DNA of 37,906 nucleotides from an uncultured Methanosarcinaceae archaeon (GTDB lineage Archaea; Halobacteriota; Methanosarcinia; Methanosarcinales; Methanosarcinaceae): NCBI GenBank assembly GCA_963721455.1, contig CAVRJG010000030.1, positions 1 to 37,906 of the forward strand, read 5' to 3'. Shown piece by piece: positions 18,476 to 28,679 of this stretch (position 1 is its first letter; each line of letters starts with the position of its first letter). The notes under the pieces were generated by a model. It saw only the letters and a program-made list of their open reading frames with translations, ran no database searches and was not told where the DNA came from. The position numbers and the translations under genes were made by a program.

Positions 18476-20737
18476 ATGCAGCAGAAAAAAGACAAGTCCC
18501 GGACTTCGGGTCAACAGAAACAAAAAAGAAACAGTGAAGAGAGAAAAGCTCCCCAAATTCCGGACAGAAAAGTTTCCCGGACACCGGGTAGAGAGGATTC
18601 TCAGACCCGTGAAAACAAGGTAGAAGACAAATCTCCGGGTTTTAAAGGAAAACCTTCTAAAGGGGAATATTCTCCCAGAAAGAGCCAGGGCTCTGAAAAA
18701 AGTCCGGACCTGGCATTATCGAAGAAAAATAACTCCCAGCGTTTCGAGTATGAGGATGACTACATTTTCTGGTGCGGAAAATGCAACCTGCCCCTGATAG
18801 GGGAAAAATGCGGAAGATGCGACAGCAAAGGAGAAGTTATTCGGCTCTCCCAGCCTGCAGATGTCCGTTTCTGTTCTCCTTACGAACGGGAAGTCCTGGC
18901 AGGGCAGTTATATTCGGCTTTCGGCTGCAATCCCCTCGGAAAAAAGCTCATTCTCCTTAATAAGATCCCTGGCGAGGATAAAACCGATGAAGTGCTTGTA
19001 GACGGCTTCATTTTCGGAATTCTCCGTTTTGAGCTTTCGGAAATGGGTTACAGTTTCGAACCTTCCCTCCAGGGAGCAAAAATTCTACTGAAACACGCTG
19101 AAGGCAGGAAAGTCGAACTCAAGAAAATAAACCGGCACCTTAACGGGAAAAATGTGGCAGCAGAACTTGTGGAATCTTTTGCCGGCAATATAAAGGCAGG
19201 GGACTTCGTTCTGGTGACTGCGGGCAGCCTGACCGGATACGGGATTTCTTACATTGACGGCGCAGATTTTCCTGGCCTGAAAACCCCGCCTGAAACCGAA
19301 ACCCGGAATGAACCCGAATCCTCACCCGAAGCCGGGAAGAAAGTCCTCAGGATCAGGAAGGTTGACAGCGGTGAGGCATTCCTTCATCCTGAGACTCCGG
19401 ACCTCAGGGCATGCATAGAGGCTAACAGAAAGCACCTGCAGGTTCTTGGAAAAAACGCAATCAACACTATTCGCGGGCTTGTTTCCAGAAACGAATACAG
19501 AAACCTGCCTGTCTATGTTTCCTTCAGCGGTGGAAAAGACAGCCTTGTAGTGCTGGACCTGGCACGGGCATCCCTCAAGCAAAGGGAGCTCAGAGCTTTC
19601 TTCCTGAATACCGGGATAGAATTCCCGGAAACTGTAGAGTTTGTACGGAGTTTTTGCCGCGAAAGGGAAATTCCGCTTGAAGAGGCAAGTGCAGGCTCTG
19701 CATTCCAGGATCAGGTAAAAAAATTCGGGCCTCCTGCAAAGGACTTCCGCTGGTGCTGCAAAGTCTGCAAACTTGCTTCTGCAGGAGACCTCAACGCAGG
19801 GAAAGAAGCCTGTTCCCTTACTGGAAAAGAAGCAGGTAATGGCGTGGCTTATCTGACAATCGACGGCAAGAGAAAGCATGAATCTTTTTCAAGGGCAAGG
19901 ATTGCGGCAAGTGAAACCAATCCCTTCGTCCCTGCCCAGCTCAACATCTTTCCTATCAGGGACTGGAAAGCGCTTGAAGTGTGGCTCTATATCCACTGGA
20001 GAGGGCTCCCATACAATCCGCTCTATGACCTTGGCTTCGAAAGGGTAGGGTGCTGGCTTTGCCCGTCTGCCCTTGCTGCCGAGTATGCCAGGGTAAAAGA
20101 GCTGCACCCTGAAATGCATGAGAAGTGGGACACCTTCCTGCTGGAGTGGGCGAAAACAAGAGGGCTTTCGGAAAAGTTCATAGAACATGGGTTCTGGCGC
20201 TGGAAGGAGCTGCCTCCGAAAATGCTCAGGCTGGCAGAGGAGCTTGGGATTTCCGTTATTGCCAGGGAAAATATTGAAGACTTTGAAATTGAAGTCGTAG
20301 CAGGAATTTCCCCATGCAGAGCTGGAGGCTTCTCAATAGAAGCAGGAGTCAGGGGCATCAGAGAAAAAGAAGCTGCAGATTTCGTCAATGTACTCGGAAG
20401 TACGGTTTATGCAGAGGACCTGGGTATGCTGCTGGTCAAAACCGGAGCCGGGACTGTCAAGTTTTTTTCAAATGGAAACCTGCTTGTAAGTTCGGAAACA
20501 AAGGAAAAAGCTGTTTGTCTTTTTAAGGAGGCTGCAAAGCAGTTGATAAGGCTTTCACGCTGTACCGGCTGCGGCATCTGTGTAAAAGCCTGTCCGGTCG
20601 GGGCAATTTCTCTCAACGAAAAGAAACCGCGTATAAGTGAAGCCTGCATCAGATGCGGGAAATGTACGGAATCCTGTGTTGTAACCAGATATTTTGATAA
20701 GCTTGTACCTGATCTGGATCAAAAACTAAAAGTGTGA
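18476..20737 (+). CDS. PAPS-reductase-domain protein with a Zn ribbon, a PUA-like region and a C-terminal 2x[4Fe-4S] domain
   Basis: WCGKCNLPL; SFSGGKDS; RWCCKVCK; RVGCWLCP; CTGCGICVKACP and CIRCGKCTESC. Confidence 0.9.
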   Translation: MQQKKDKSRTSGQQKQKRNSEERKAPQIPDRKVSRTPGREDSQTRENKVEDKSPGFKGKPSKGEYSPRKSQGSEKSPDLALSKKNNSQRFEYEDDYIFWCGKCNLPLIGEKCGRCDSKGEVIRLSQPADVRFCSPYEREVLAGQLYSAFGCNPLGKKLILLNKIPGEDKTDEVLVDGFIFGILRFELSEMGYSFEPSLQGAKILLKHAEGRKVELKKINRHLNGKNVAAELVESFAGNIKAGDFVLVTAGSLTGYGISYIDGADFPGLKTPPETETRNEPESSPEAGKKVLRIRKVDSGEAFLHPETPDLRACIEANRKHLQVLGKNAINTIRGLVSRNEYRNLPVYVSFSGGKDSLVVLDLARASLKQRELRAFFLNTGIEFPETVEFVRSFCREREIPLEEASAGSAFQDQVKKFGPPAKDFRWCCKVCKLASAGDLNAGKEACSLTGKEAGNGVAYLTIDGKRKHESFSRARIAASETNPFVPAQLNIFPIRDWKALEVWLYIHWRGLPYNPLYDLGFERVGCWLCPSALAAEYARVKELHPEMHEKWDTFLLEWAKTRGLSEKFIEHGFWRWKELPPKMLRLAEELGISVIARENIEDFEIEVVAGISPCRAGGFSIEAGVRGIREKEAADFVNVLGSTVYAEDLGMLLVKTGAGTVKFFSNGNLLVSSETKEKAVCLFKEAAKQLIRLSRCTGCGICVKACPVGAISLNEKKPRISEACIRCGKCTESCVVTRYFDKLVPDLDQKLKV

Positions 20738-20928
20738 ATGGTCAAAAGCCTGGATTTCCCATTTCTATGATATTTTTAAATAGTTTCTAATTATATTTAG
20801 ATATTGCATTTTCTAATTTAATTGATATCGCATTTCTATCATTTTCCGCATAAATTTGATTTAAACCTGCGAATTTGATTTAAACTTGCTAACCTGCTAT
20901 TATTTATCTATCCAAACGGAACTGAAAA

Positions 20929-22035
20929 ATGAGATTGAGCCAGACCCCTGACGGAGTAAGCCAGATAATTGCCAGCCGCTGGAAAATTGGAGCAGCACTG
21001 GCAGTAGCAGTGCTTTTGTGCTTCTCTATTCTAATCCTGCTGCCCCTGGCAGACGGAATCGTACTCGGAATAGTCTTTGCTTACATTGCAAGGCCCATCC
21101 AGATAAAATTCAAAAGGCACAGAAAACTCGGTGCTCTTGTTGCCAGTCTATGTATTTTCGTTCCCGTTGTTTTCATTGTCGGAGCAGGCGTTGTTGAAAT
21201 CCTCAACCAGATCTCCTGGATTCTTGACAATCAGACTGCAGTCGTGGGCGCAATTCTTGATTTCATAAGTGCTCTGGAAATTCCGGCAAAACTTCTTGAA
21301 AGTATTAATTCTGCTATCTGGGACCTTTTTACCTCCCTGCTTCCTGCAATCGGCAGCATAGGGCTTATATCATATGCCCAGAGTATCGGCCTCTTTGTCA
21401 TTAATTTTATAGTTTCGATCATTTTCTGCTATTTTATACTTGCTGACGGGGACAGGCTTTACGGCGCTTTTCTTGGCGTGATGCCAAAGGAGTACAAGGG
21501 AATTGTAAACCGTTATGCGTGTCACCTGGATCTGATCCTTAAAGGAATTTTCATAGGCAATGCCTACTCTGCCCTTATAGTAAGCGTGACTTCAGTTTTA
21601 GTTTTCTACGCTTTCGGGTTTCCTCATGTACTGGCGCTTGCGACCCTCATCTTCATAGCTTCAATAATCCCTCTTTTTGCCGGGTATATGGTGCTTGTGC
21701 CTCTGTCTCTAATGCGCTACATTGAGCAAGGGTTTGAAGGTGCAGCTCTTTTCTTTGTTGTTTCTTCCCTCATAATCTATGGCCCTCCCGAACTGATTCT
21801 CAGGCCCTACCTGACCAGCTTGAAGTCCAGGATTCATCCGATGCTGCTCATGCTCGCCTTCCTTGGCGGAGCTTTTGTTGGGGGAATTGCAGGTTTTTTT
21901 GCAGCTCCTATCCTCCTGGGAGCTCTGGTTGCGGCTTACAGGGTTTATCAGGAGCAGATTCACCCTGAACTGGCAGAGACCAACATATACCTCCCGAATT
22001 TGAGACCCTCCTGCAGGACCGGATCAGAAAAGTAA
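20929..22035 (+). CDS. AI-2E family transporter
   Basis: Multi-TM protein with AYIARP, ELILRP and IHPMLLMLAFLGGAFVGGIAGFFAAP. Confidence 0.88.
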   Translation: MRLSQTPDGVSQIIASRWKIGAALAVAVLLCFSILILLPLADGIVLGIVFAYIARPIQIKFKRHRKLGALVASLCIFVPVVFIVGAGVVEILNQISWILDNQTAVVGAILDFISALEIPAKLLESINSAIWDLFTSLLPAIGSIGLISYAQSIGLFVINFIVSIIFCYFILADGDRLYGAFLGVMPKEYKGIVNRYACHLDLILKGIFIGNAYSALIVSVTSVLVFYAFGFPHVLALATLIFIASIIPLFAGYMVLVPLSLMRYIEQGFEGAALFFVVSSLIIYGPPELILRPYLTSLKSRIHPMLLMLAFLGGAFVGGIAGFFAAPILLGALVAAYRVYQEQIHPELAETNIYLPNLRPSCRTGSEK

Positions 22036-22293
22036 TTTTCAAAAAAAAGTTCCGAAAATGAGCTGAATCTCGGGGATTTGAGAGCTTTTGAGGCTATAGT
22101 AAGAAATGTCAGTCGAAAGGGATTGCTTTATATCATTGCAGGATATTAGGACTGTCATATATTCTTCTTTACTTTCTTTAATCAAGATCTACTGACGGGT
22201 ACAGACCGCAGACAGTCCTGAAATAAATTGATTATTTGATTAAGAACCGAAGCTAATTCGGAACCACATTCTAGCGGGAACACAGGTGATAGA

Positions 22294-24201
22294 ATGCAGT
22301 TATTGCTCATTCACTCTGATTATATTGAATACGAAACCAAAAAACAAACTCCAGTTGCTGAAAAAATAGAAGAGTCCTTAAAGTCCGGCAGGCTTGAGGA
22401 AGCACTTACCGTTTTCACGGCTGTGGAAAGCATAGATGAGGCAAATCCTGAGGAAGCTATAGAAAAGGCTGTTTCCGAAATCGAAAAGGTAGCAGCCCAG
22501 GTCAAAACCGACCGCATAATGCTCTATCCTTACGCCCACTTAAGCTCCGACCTTTCTTCTCCGAAAGTTGCAATACAGGTCTTAAAGGGAATAGAGACAG
22601 CTCTCTCAGGTAAATACGAGGTCAAGCGTGCTCCTTTCGGATGGTATAAGGCCTTTAACATAAGCTGTAAAGGGCATCCCCTTTCCGAACTTTCCAGAAG
22701 CATCCGTCCTGAGGGGGCTGCAAAGGCAGTGGGCAAAGCAGAAGCAGCCGGGGAAAAAGAAGAGGTTGTTTCCGAAGCCCTGAAAGCCGAAGGGACTGCA
22801 AGGTCTTACTGGCGCATCCTGACCCTTGATGGAGAACTTCATGAAGTCGAGAGTTTTGACCTTGCTCCTTACCCCAAACTTCAACAGTTTGTAAACTATG
22901 AAATTTCTAAGAGCAGGGCTGTTGAAAGGGCTCCTCCCCATGTAGAACTTATGCGGAGGCTTGAGCTTGCGGACTACGAGCCAGGGTCAGATTCCGGAAA
23001 CATGCGCTATTACCCTAAAGGGAGGCTTGTAAAGTCCCTTCTTGAAAATTATGTGCTTGATGTCGCAACCGAGTTCGGGGCAATGGAAGTCGAAACTCCT
23101 ATCATGTATGACATGAACCATCCGACTCTGAAGAAATACCTGGACAGGTTCCCCGCAAGGCAGTATTCTATCGAGTCTGACAAGCGGCAGATGTTCCTGC
23201 GTTTTGCAGCCTGTTTCGGCCAATTCCTCATGAACCACGACATGACGATTTCCTACAAGAACCTGCCTCTCAGGATGATCGAAATGACTCGCTACAGTTT
23301 CAGGAAGGAACAGCGGGGAGAACTTGTGGGCTTGAGAAGACTCAGGGCTTTTACCATGCCTGACATGCACACTCTCTGCGAGGACATGGACCAGGCTGTG
23401 GACCAGTTCAAAAAGCAGTATGACCTCTGCATCGATGTGCTTGAAAATATGGGAATCCATATTAATGATTATGAGGTTGCCATCCGCTTCACCAGGGACT
23501 TTTACGAGTCGAATAAAGAGCTTGTAGTCAGTATGGCAAGAACCGTCAATAAACCCGTGCTTGTGGAAATGTGGGACACCCGTTTCTTCTACTTCGTGCT
23601 CAAGTTCGAGTTTAACTTCGTAGATGCCCTTGCCAAAGCAAGCGCACTTTCAACAGTCCAGATTGATGTGGAAAACGCCGAAAGGTACGATATTTCTTAT
23701 GTAAACGATGACGGTAAACTGGAACGACCTACTGTCCTTCACTGCTCTCCTAGCGGGGCAATCGAACGCTGTATCTACGCTCTCCTCGAAAAGGCTGCAA
23801 TGGATACCGAAGAAGGAAAGGTTCCCATGCTGCCGGTCTGGCTTTCTCCTACCCAGGTCAGGATTGTGCCGGTTTCAGAGAAACATGTCGCCTTTGCTGA
23901 AGAGGTTTCACAGAAGCTGGACTGCAGGGTTGACATCGACGACCGCGACCTGTCCATAGGAAAGAAAGTAAGGGAAGCAGGCAGGGAATGGGTCCCTTAC
24001 TTAGTGGTCATTGGAGATAAAGAAATCGAGGACGGCACCATTAACGTAACCATCCGGTCCGAATCCGGGCAGAATAAGCCGAAAAAAGTGCAAATTACTC
24101 AGGAAGAACTTAACGCACGGGTCAGAGGCGAAATATCCGATAAACCTTACAGAAAACTGCCACTTGCAAAGTATCTCTCTGCAAGGCCAAAGTTCATATA
24201 A
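22294..24201 (+). CDS. thrS: Threonine--tRNA ligase (archaeal type)
   Basis: Archaeal editing domain ([22 protein letters not shown]); class II motifs FRKEQRGE and [10 protein letters not shown]; anticodon-binding domain. Confidence 0.97.
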   Translation: MQLLLIHSDYIEYETKKQTPVAEKIEESLKSGRLEEALTVFTAVESIDEANPEEAIEKAVSEIEKVAAQVKTDRIMLYPYAHLSSDLSSPKVAIQVLKGIETALSGKYEVKRAPFGWYKAFNISCKGHPLSELSRSIRPEGAAKAVGKAEAAGEKEEVVSEALKAEGTARSYWRILTLDGELHEVESFDLAPYPKLQQFVNYEISKSRAVERAPPHVELMRRLELADYEPGSDSGNMRYYPKGRLVKSLLENYVLDVATEFGAMEVETPIMYDMNHPTLKKYLDRFPARQYSIESDKRQMFLRFAACFGQFLMNHDMTISYKNLPLRMIEMTRYSFRKEQRGELVGLRRLRAFTMPDMHTLCEDMDQAVDQFKKQYDLCIDVLENMGIHINDYEVAIRFTRDFYESNKELVVSMARTVNKPVLVEMWDTRFFYFVLKFEFNFVDALAKASALSTVQIDVENAERYDISYVNDDGKLERPTVLHCSPSGAIERCIYALLEKAAMDTEEGKVPMLPVWLSPTQVRIVPVSEKHVAFAEEVSQKLDCRVDIDDRDLSIGKKVREAGREWVPYLVVIGDKEIEDGTINVTIRSESGQNKPKKVQITQEELNARVRGEISDKPYRKLPLAKYLSARPKFI

Positions 24202-24581
24202 ATTTATTCAAACAGTTTTCTGAGGTGGCTAAAGGAAATAAAATTCCTTATTTGCCTCTTCCCTTTGACTTTTTGGCATAACATATATATTGACGTAATC
24301 CTTATTATTGAAAAGAGATTCCTTTTAAATAAAAGCAGTTCCAGGTTTATTCTTTTCCGCTTCTGAACGAAAAGAACCTGACTTAAATTTTCTGGACTGA
24401 AATTTTTGTGAATTATTTGTAAGTTGCGGGGAGTTACTTCTTATAATGTTTGCAGTTGCATGCAACATCTAATGTTGAGTGGCTATACCAGTTTCCCAGA
24501 AACCTCTTTGAAAGGTATTTTCTGGTTTTTGAGAAGGCATTAAAAAACTTTTACAGTGAAAAGTGTAAGGACAGCGTACTG

Positions 24582-26762
24582 ATGATAAATTCAAATGAAA
24601 CCGAAGCCGGCATGGAAACCGTCGAGCTTGAGCCCTTGAGGGAAGATAAAAAGAAAATCTTCGAGGATATTCTGGAATATTTTGAAACCCATCAGAGAGG
24701 CTATATCAAGGTCCCTACTGGCTGGGGTAAGACCTTTCTTTCAAAACATATTATGAAAAAGTACTATGACGAAGGAAAACTTGTGCTTTTCCTGGTCTCT
24801 AAAAACAATCCTCTTCTTAGCCAGACTTATTACGACAGGAAGAAAAACATGCCTCTTTTTCCCAATAGCGCTCTCCTCTCTTCTGAGCATAAAGTGGATC
24901 GAAAGGAGCTTGCTGCAGCTTTGAAATCTTTCGGGCAGGGAAAGGGTAAAGGTTTCGTGCTTTTCGCCTCTCTGCAGACAGTACTCGGAAAGCAGAGTTC
25001 TGAGATTAAAGATCTGATTCTTGAATTTACCGACCTTGCAATCGTGGATGAAATCCACAATTTCATCAATAACAGAGGAAACGATTTTCTAAACGAGCTG
25101 GGGGCAAAAATCCTGGGAATGACTGCAACCCCGTTCCAGGGTGTAGTCGGAAATGTCAAGTTCGTGGATGAAATTGCAGGGGATATGAGGGAAATCTACG
25201 CAAAAACCCTTCCTGAGTGCATCCTGGACGAAGAACTTGCACCCCTCAAATATACTATTGCCGAGAGTTCGGAAGATATCTTTGAGATCTTTGACTTTGA
25301 AAAAGGGCTGGATGAGCTTGATAAACAGGACCTTTTCCTTGACTGCAGCACTGCCGATAAGTTGAAAAAGGTAATCCGAAGAACCCAGCTTGCAAAAGAT
25401 GTGTACGATTCTATGGTCAAACAGAGGAGTGCAAAAACGCTCGTCTTTTGCGCCCCTGTCCGGAAGCGTGTCTACGGAGCCGGCGCAAGCGGCCAAGAAA
25501 TTAACGCTTTTCATGCAAAGCTCACTGCCTCGGTCTTCAACGGGGAAATTTCGGCCCCGGAATTAGAACAGGACCCTGACCCTGTCCTGCCTGTGGATTT
25601 TGAGAATTATACCCCTGAAGGAGAGTTCAGAGATGCAGTTTTTATGACCTCCGAACTGCCAAAAGAGGAGCAAAGTGCCCTCCTTGCAGCTTTCAGGGAG
25701 CTAGGAAAACCCCCCTATGTTCTCTGCACTGTAGGCATGCTGATTGAAGGTTTTGATTTTCCGGGGCTTGAAGCCCTTGTCCTGCTGCGGCCCACCCTGA
25801 GCATGCGGCTTTTTGAGCAGCAGGTCGGAAGGGTGACAAGGCTTTCTTCCGTGTCAGGAAAGCAGAAGGGAAACATCTTTGAGATTTCGGATAGCATTGA
25901 CTCTCTCTACCAGCGCTTTGGGGAAGGGGTCTTTAACGGGGAAAAGGTCGATCAGGTTCAGATGCTCCAGCCCGAGATCCGCCTTGAAGAGCTTTTCTCA
26001 GAAGGCGATGCAGCCAGGGCGATTGAGGAAGGAAAGATAGAAATTAATAAGGTGGACTTTGGCACCCTCAGAAAAAGTAAAGGAAAAGTTACTCAGCTCA
26101 GGGAAGTGCCTGTAAGGCTTCCCCCGACTGCCATACGGGCAAAGTACTTCTCACGCCTGCTCGCGCTGACCGAGGAAAAAGATATTGGGGCTTTTGAGCG
26201 GGAAAAGCGGGAGCTCATGCGGGCTGTCCTGAGGTTCAGAATCAGGGAACTCAGGGACGCAGAAGAATTCTCAAACCTTTCAGGCCGGATAAATAAGCTC
26301 AAGCGAGAAGCCTATGAAGACCGCAGGCTAGGAGACGTTTCGAGGCAGCACAAACCCAAGGTCTTTGGGGAGGTTGAGTGGCTGCTGAAACTTCAGGCCT
26401 TAAATTCCCTCAAGTACGAATGTACACGCCTCTCGCCTCCCGAGAAAAACAGGATCTTAAAAACCCTGGGTTTCGAACCCGATTTCCGAAAGATAGAAAG
26501 CTACAGGCTTAAATGCCTGAAACTCGGTTCTGCCCAGAAGACAATCCCGGAGCTTGTAAAAGTGCTCGGGTTCGTAAGCCGCCTATCGTCATCGGAAACA
26601 TACCAGTTTCTCGATAAAAAGAAGAAAGAGCAGTGGAAACGGGAGTTCCTGCCTGCGGTTTACTGGGGTTTCTGCTTCATTGACGACTCTCCCGAACTCA
26701 GGGAACTTTTTGAGTCTACTGACTGGGACAGGCGGGTCAAAAACATTATCAGGCAGAAGTAA
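24582..26762 (+). CDS. Superfamily 2 (DEAD/DEAH, ResIII-like) helicase
   Basis: PTGWGKT, DEIH, MTATP, LIEGFDFP and QQVGRVTR. Start taken at ATG 24582 (24612 also possible). Confidence 0.88.
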   Translation: MINSNETEAGMETVELEPLREDKKKIFEDILEYFETHQRGYIKVPTGWGKTFLSKHIMKKYYDEGKLVLFLVSKNNPLLSQTYYDRKKNMPLFPNSALLSSEHKVDRKELAAALKSFGQGKGKGFVLFASLQTVLGKQSSEIKDLILEFTDLAIVDEIHNFINNRGNDFLNELGAKILGMTATPFQGVVGNVKFVDEIAGDMREIYAKTLPECILDEELAPLKYTIAESSEDIFEIFDFEKGLDELDKQDLFLDCSTADKLKKVIRRTQLAKDVYDSMVKQRSAKTLVFCAPVRKRVYGAGASGQEINAFHAKLTASVFNGEISAPELEQDPDPVLPVDFENYTPEGEFRDAVFMTSELPKEEQSALLAAFRELGKPPYVLCTVGMLIEGFDFPGLEALVLLRPTLSMRLFEQQVGRVTRLSSVSGKQKGNIFEISDSIDSLYQRFGEGVFNGEKVDQVQMLQPEIRLEELFSEGDAARAIEEGKIEINKVDFGTLRKSKGKVTQLREVPVRLPPTAIRAKYFSRLLALTEEKDIGAFEREKRELMRAVLRFRIRELRDAEEFSNLSGRINKLKREAYEDRRLGDVSRQHKPKVFGEVEWLLKLQALNSLKYECTRLSPPEKNRILKTLGFEPDFRKIESYRLKCLKLGSAQKTIPELVKVLGFVSRLSSSETYQFLDKKKKEQWKREFLPAVYWGFCFIDDSPELRELFESTDWDRRVKNIIRQK

Positions 26763-27083
26763 CTTCGTCACACAAAAATGATTTTTGGAGAAAACTTTGC
26801 TTTTCTCCCTTTTTCTCCTGCTTTTTCTTTGCTGCACTGACCGATCTGATAACGTTCCATGGGAAAATGTACAGAATAGCAAACGTTTCTCGGTAATGCG
26901 ATTGCTGCGACTCGACAGGTTTGATGGTCGCAAACGGTTTTAAAAAAGAAAGGGGTAGATTGGTGGGGAGAAATAGACCTGCCTCTAATGAAAGGTTGTG
27001 ACGCATGCAGGCAGCGTCCGATAACATAATCAACGTTAAAACAATTTTTACTTTTTAGCCGCGCTGGATGGTGGGACTTCCGG

Positions 27084-27629
27084 TTATTTTTTTACAGGTT
27101 CTTTAATATATTCAAAGTTCCATATCGGAATTCCTTTTATTTCTCCCTTTGCAAGATGTTCCAGCTCATGAGCTGCGCTATATGCCGGGGTACCTTTCAG
27201 TAGTATGCTTTTTTTCTTCAGCTCCCTGACTCTTATCTCCCTGAGGTTTGGATTCACCTCTGCAAGTATCACCTTTTTCGCCTGCAAGGTTATACAGTAG
27301 GGTCTTTCGACCAGCTCTCTTTCTTCTCTGGTCCCGCACTTTTCGAGCCTGCATACGACTCCTTCTTCCTTTACGATTTCAGGATCGATAAAGAAGTATA
27401 TCTTTTCCAGAGTATAGCCAGTCTTGCTCTCTTCATTGTAATAAGTGATCACATCCTTTACTGCAATGCTTTTTGTTTCTTCGGAGGCGTAACTCCAGGA
27501 GCCTCCTGATTTCAGCGAAAGCAGAAAAGGAAGAAATAGATCTTCTTGAATTTCAAAACTGGAAATTATACTTTTTTCCCGGGCTGAAAACTTGAAGATC
27601 GCCCGAATTTCTTCAGCGTCCATATTCAC
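27084..27629 (-). CDS. Peptide-deformylase-like HEXXH metalloprotein
   Basis: FIDPEI..EKCG..VERP..AAHELEHL, in the same order as PDF motifs 2 and 3. Confidence 0.65.
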   Translation of the reverse strand: MNMDAEEIRAIFKFSAREKSIISSFEIQEDLFLPFLLSLKSGGSWSYASEETKSIAVKDVITYYNEESKTGYTLEKIYFFIDPEIVKEEGVVCRLEKCGTREERELVERPYCITLQAKKVILAEVNPNLREIRVRELKKKSILLKGTPAYSAAHELEHLAKGEIKGIPIWNFEYIKEPVKK

Positions 27630-28106
27630 TTCCCCTTCTTATGAATTTGAATATCGAAGTTTATTTAATTTTTCTTTCTTTTTGTGAGCCGATCCCAAAA
27701 CTAATATTATAGTAAACTCACGAATTAATTACACTTTTAAAAACCAATTAGAGTTTAAAAAGTAAATATTTGCACTTAAATCACTACACGGTTTTATAAA
27801 TACAAAAGACACAGACGGGCAGGGAAAAACCCAATCAAGGCACCTTAGCCACGGAAAACACGGACGGGACAGAAAAACGGTAATTTTGTAAGACACTTAA
27901 AGAATCTACTTTTTACTGGAAAAAGACATGCTTTGAAAAGAATAGTAGTTGCTAACCTCAGGAAAATGAAATACATAGTCATCAATTCAAGAAAAAAGAA
28001 TTACTATAAATTTGCTCGTTATGTCTTGAAAAGATGGCTATGAATGTTATTTTTACTATTTTCTTTCAGGTTGAATAGTTATTTTTAAGCTGCGTCCCGT
28101 GCTTAA

Positions 28107-28184
28107 TCAGCACCAATACCTAATACTGAAGCATACCCTTTCATAGTAGAAGCAGACTCTTGAATAGTAAAAACTGAAGAACAT
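28107..28184 (-). CDS. 25-aa Cys/aromatic peptide MFFSFYYSRVCFYYERVCFSIRYWC
   Basis: GGAGGG RBS 7 nt upstream; paralogue at 28270-28347 differs only by synonymous or conservative changes. Confidence 0.75.
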   Translation of the reverse strand: MFFSFYYSRVCFYYERVCFSIRYWC

Positions 28185-28269
28185 ATCCATACCCTCCACT
28201 CTTTTACATTATCTTTGTTTATTCTATGTTATAGCAGGTCGTTACTTTTAAGCTATGTTCCTTGTTTAA

Positions 28270-28347
28270 TCAGCACCAGTACCTAATACTGAAGCATACC
28301 TTTTCATAGTAGAAGCAGACTCTTGAATAGTAAAAGCTGAAGAACAT
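28270..28347 (-). CDS. 25-aa Cys/aromatic peptide MFFSFYYSRVCFYYEKVCFSIRYWC
   Basis: GGAGGG RBS 6 nt upstream; 3 nucleotide differences from the other copy (Ser and Tyr synonymous, Arg/Lys). Confidence 0.75.
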   Translation of the reverse strand: MFFSFYYSRVCFYYEKVCFSIRYWC

Positions 28348-28679
28348 TTCATTCCCTCCACTCTTTTAGTGTAGATCTGTTATCTTTATTTATCAGTCAT
28401 CTTTGTGCATGTTCTGAGAAAGTAAACGTGTTTTCGAATTCATGCATGTAATCGTTCTTTCACAAACCCTTTACCAACCTCCTGGTCTGTGTCATACTCC
28501 CGGCATCATTAGGAAATAATTTTTTGATGCATTTTCCCTTTAAAAATTAAATGTTCTAAATTTTGATTGCCTGAGAGTATAAACAAATATATAACTGTAA
28601 ATTATATAAGGTCAATAGAATAAATTTTCCTTACTACTAAATAGTGCCTGAAAATCTGTATGAACCTCGGAGTTATAAG

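Larger units (their letters stand above)
28082..28368. repeat. Direct repeat of about 123 bp (28082-28206 and 28246-28368), each copy carrying an RBS and a small ORF
   Basis: Near-identical cores TTAATCAGCACCA..CCCTCCACTCTTTTA. Confidence 0.95.

Noticed and set aside
24450-24581. TTG-started N-terminal extension of the helicase
   Set aside because: It reads like intergenic sequence; ATG 24582 or 24612 is more plausible.
17289-26933. Many antisense or overlapping ORFs inside the reductase, thrS and helicase genes
   Set aside because: Shadow frames of well-supported genes, with no independent motifs.
28082-28368. Direct repeat as a CRISPR array or LTR/att pair
   Set aside because: Units are about 123 bp, and the substitution pattern fits duplicated coding sequence.
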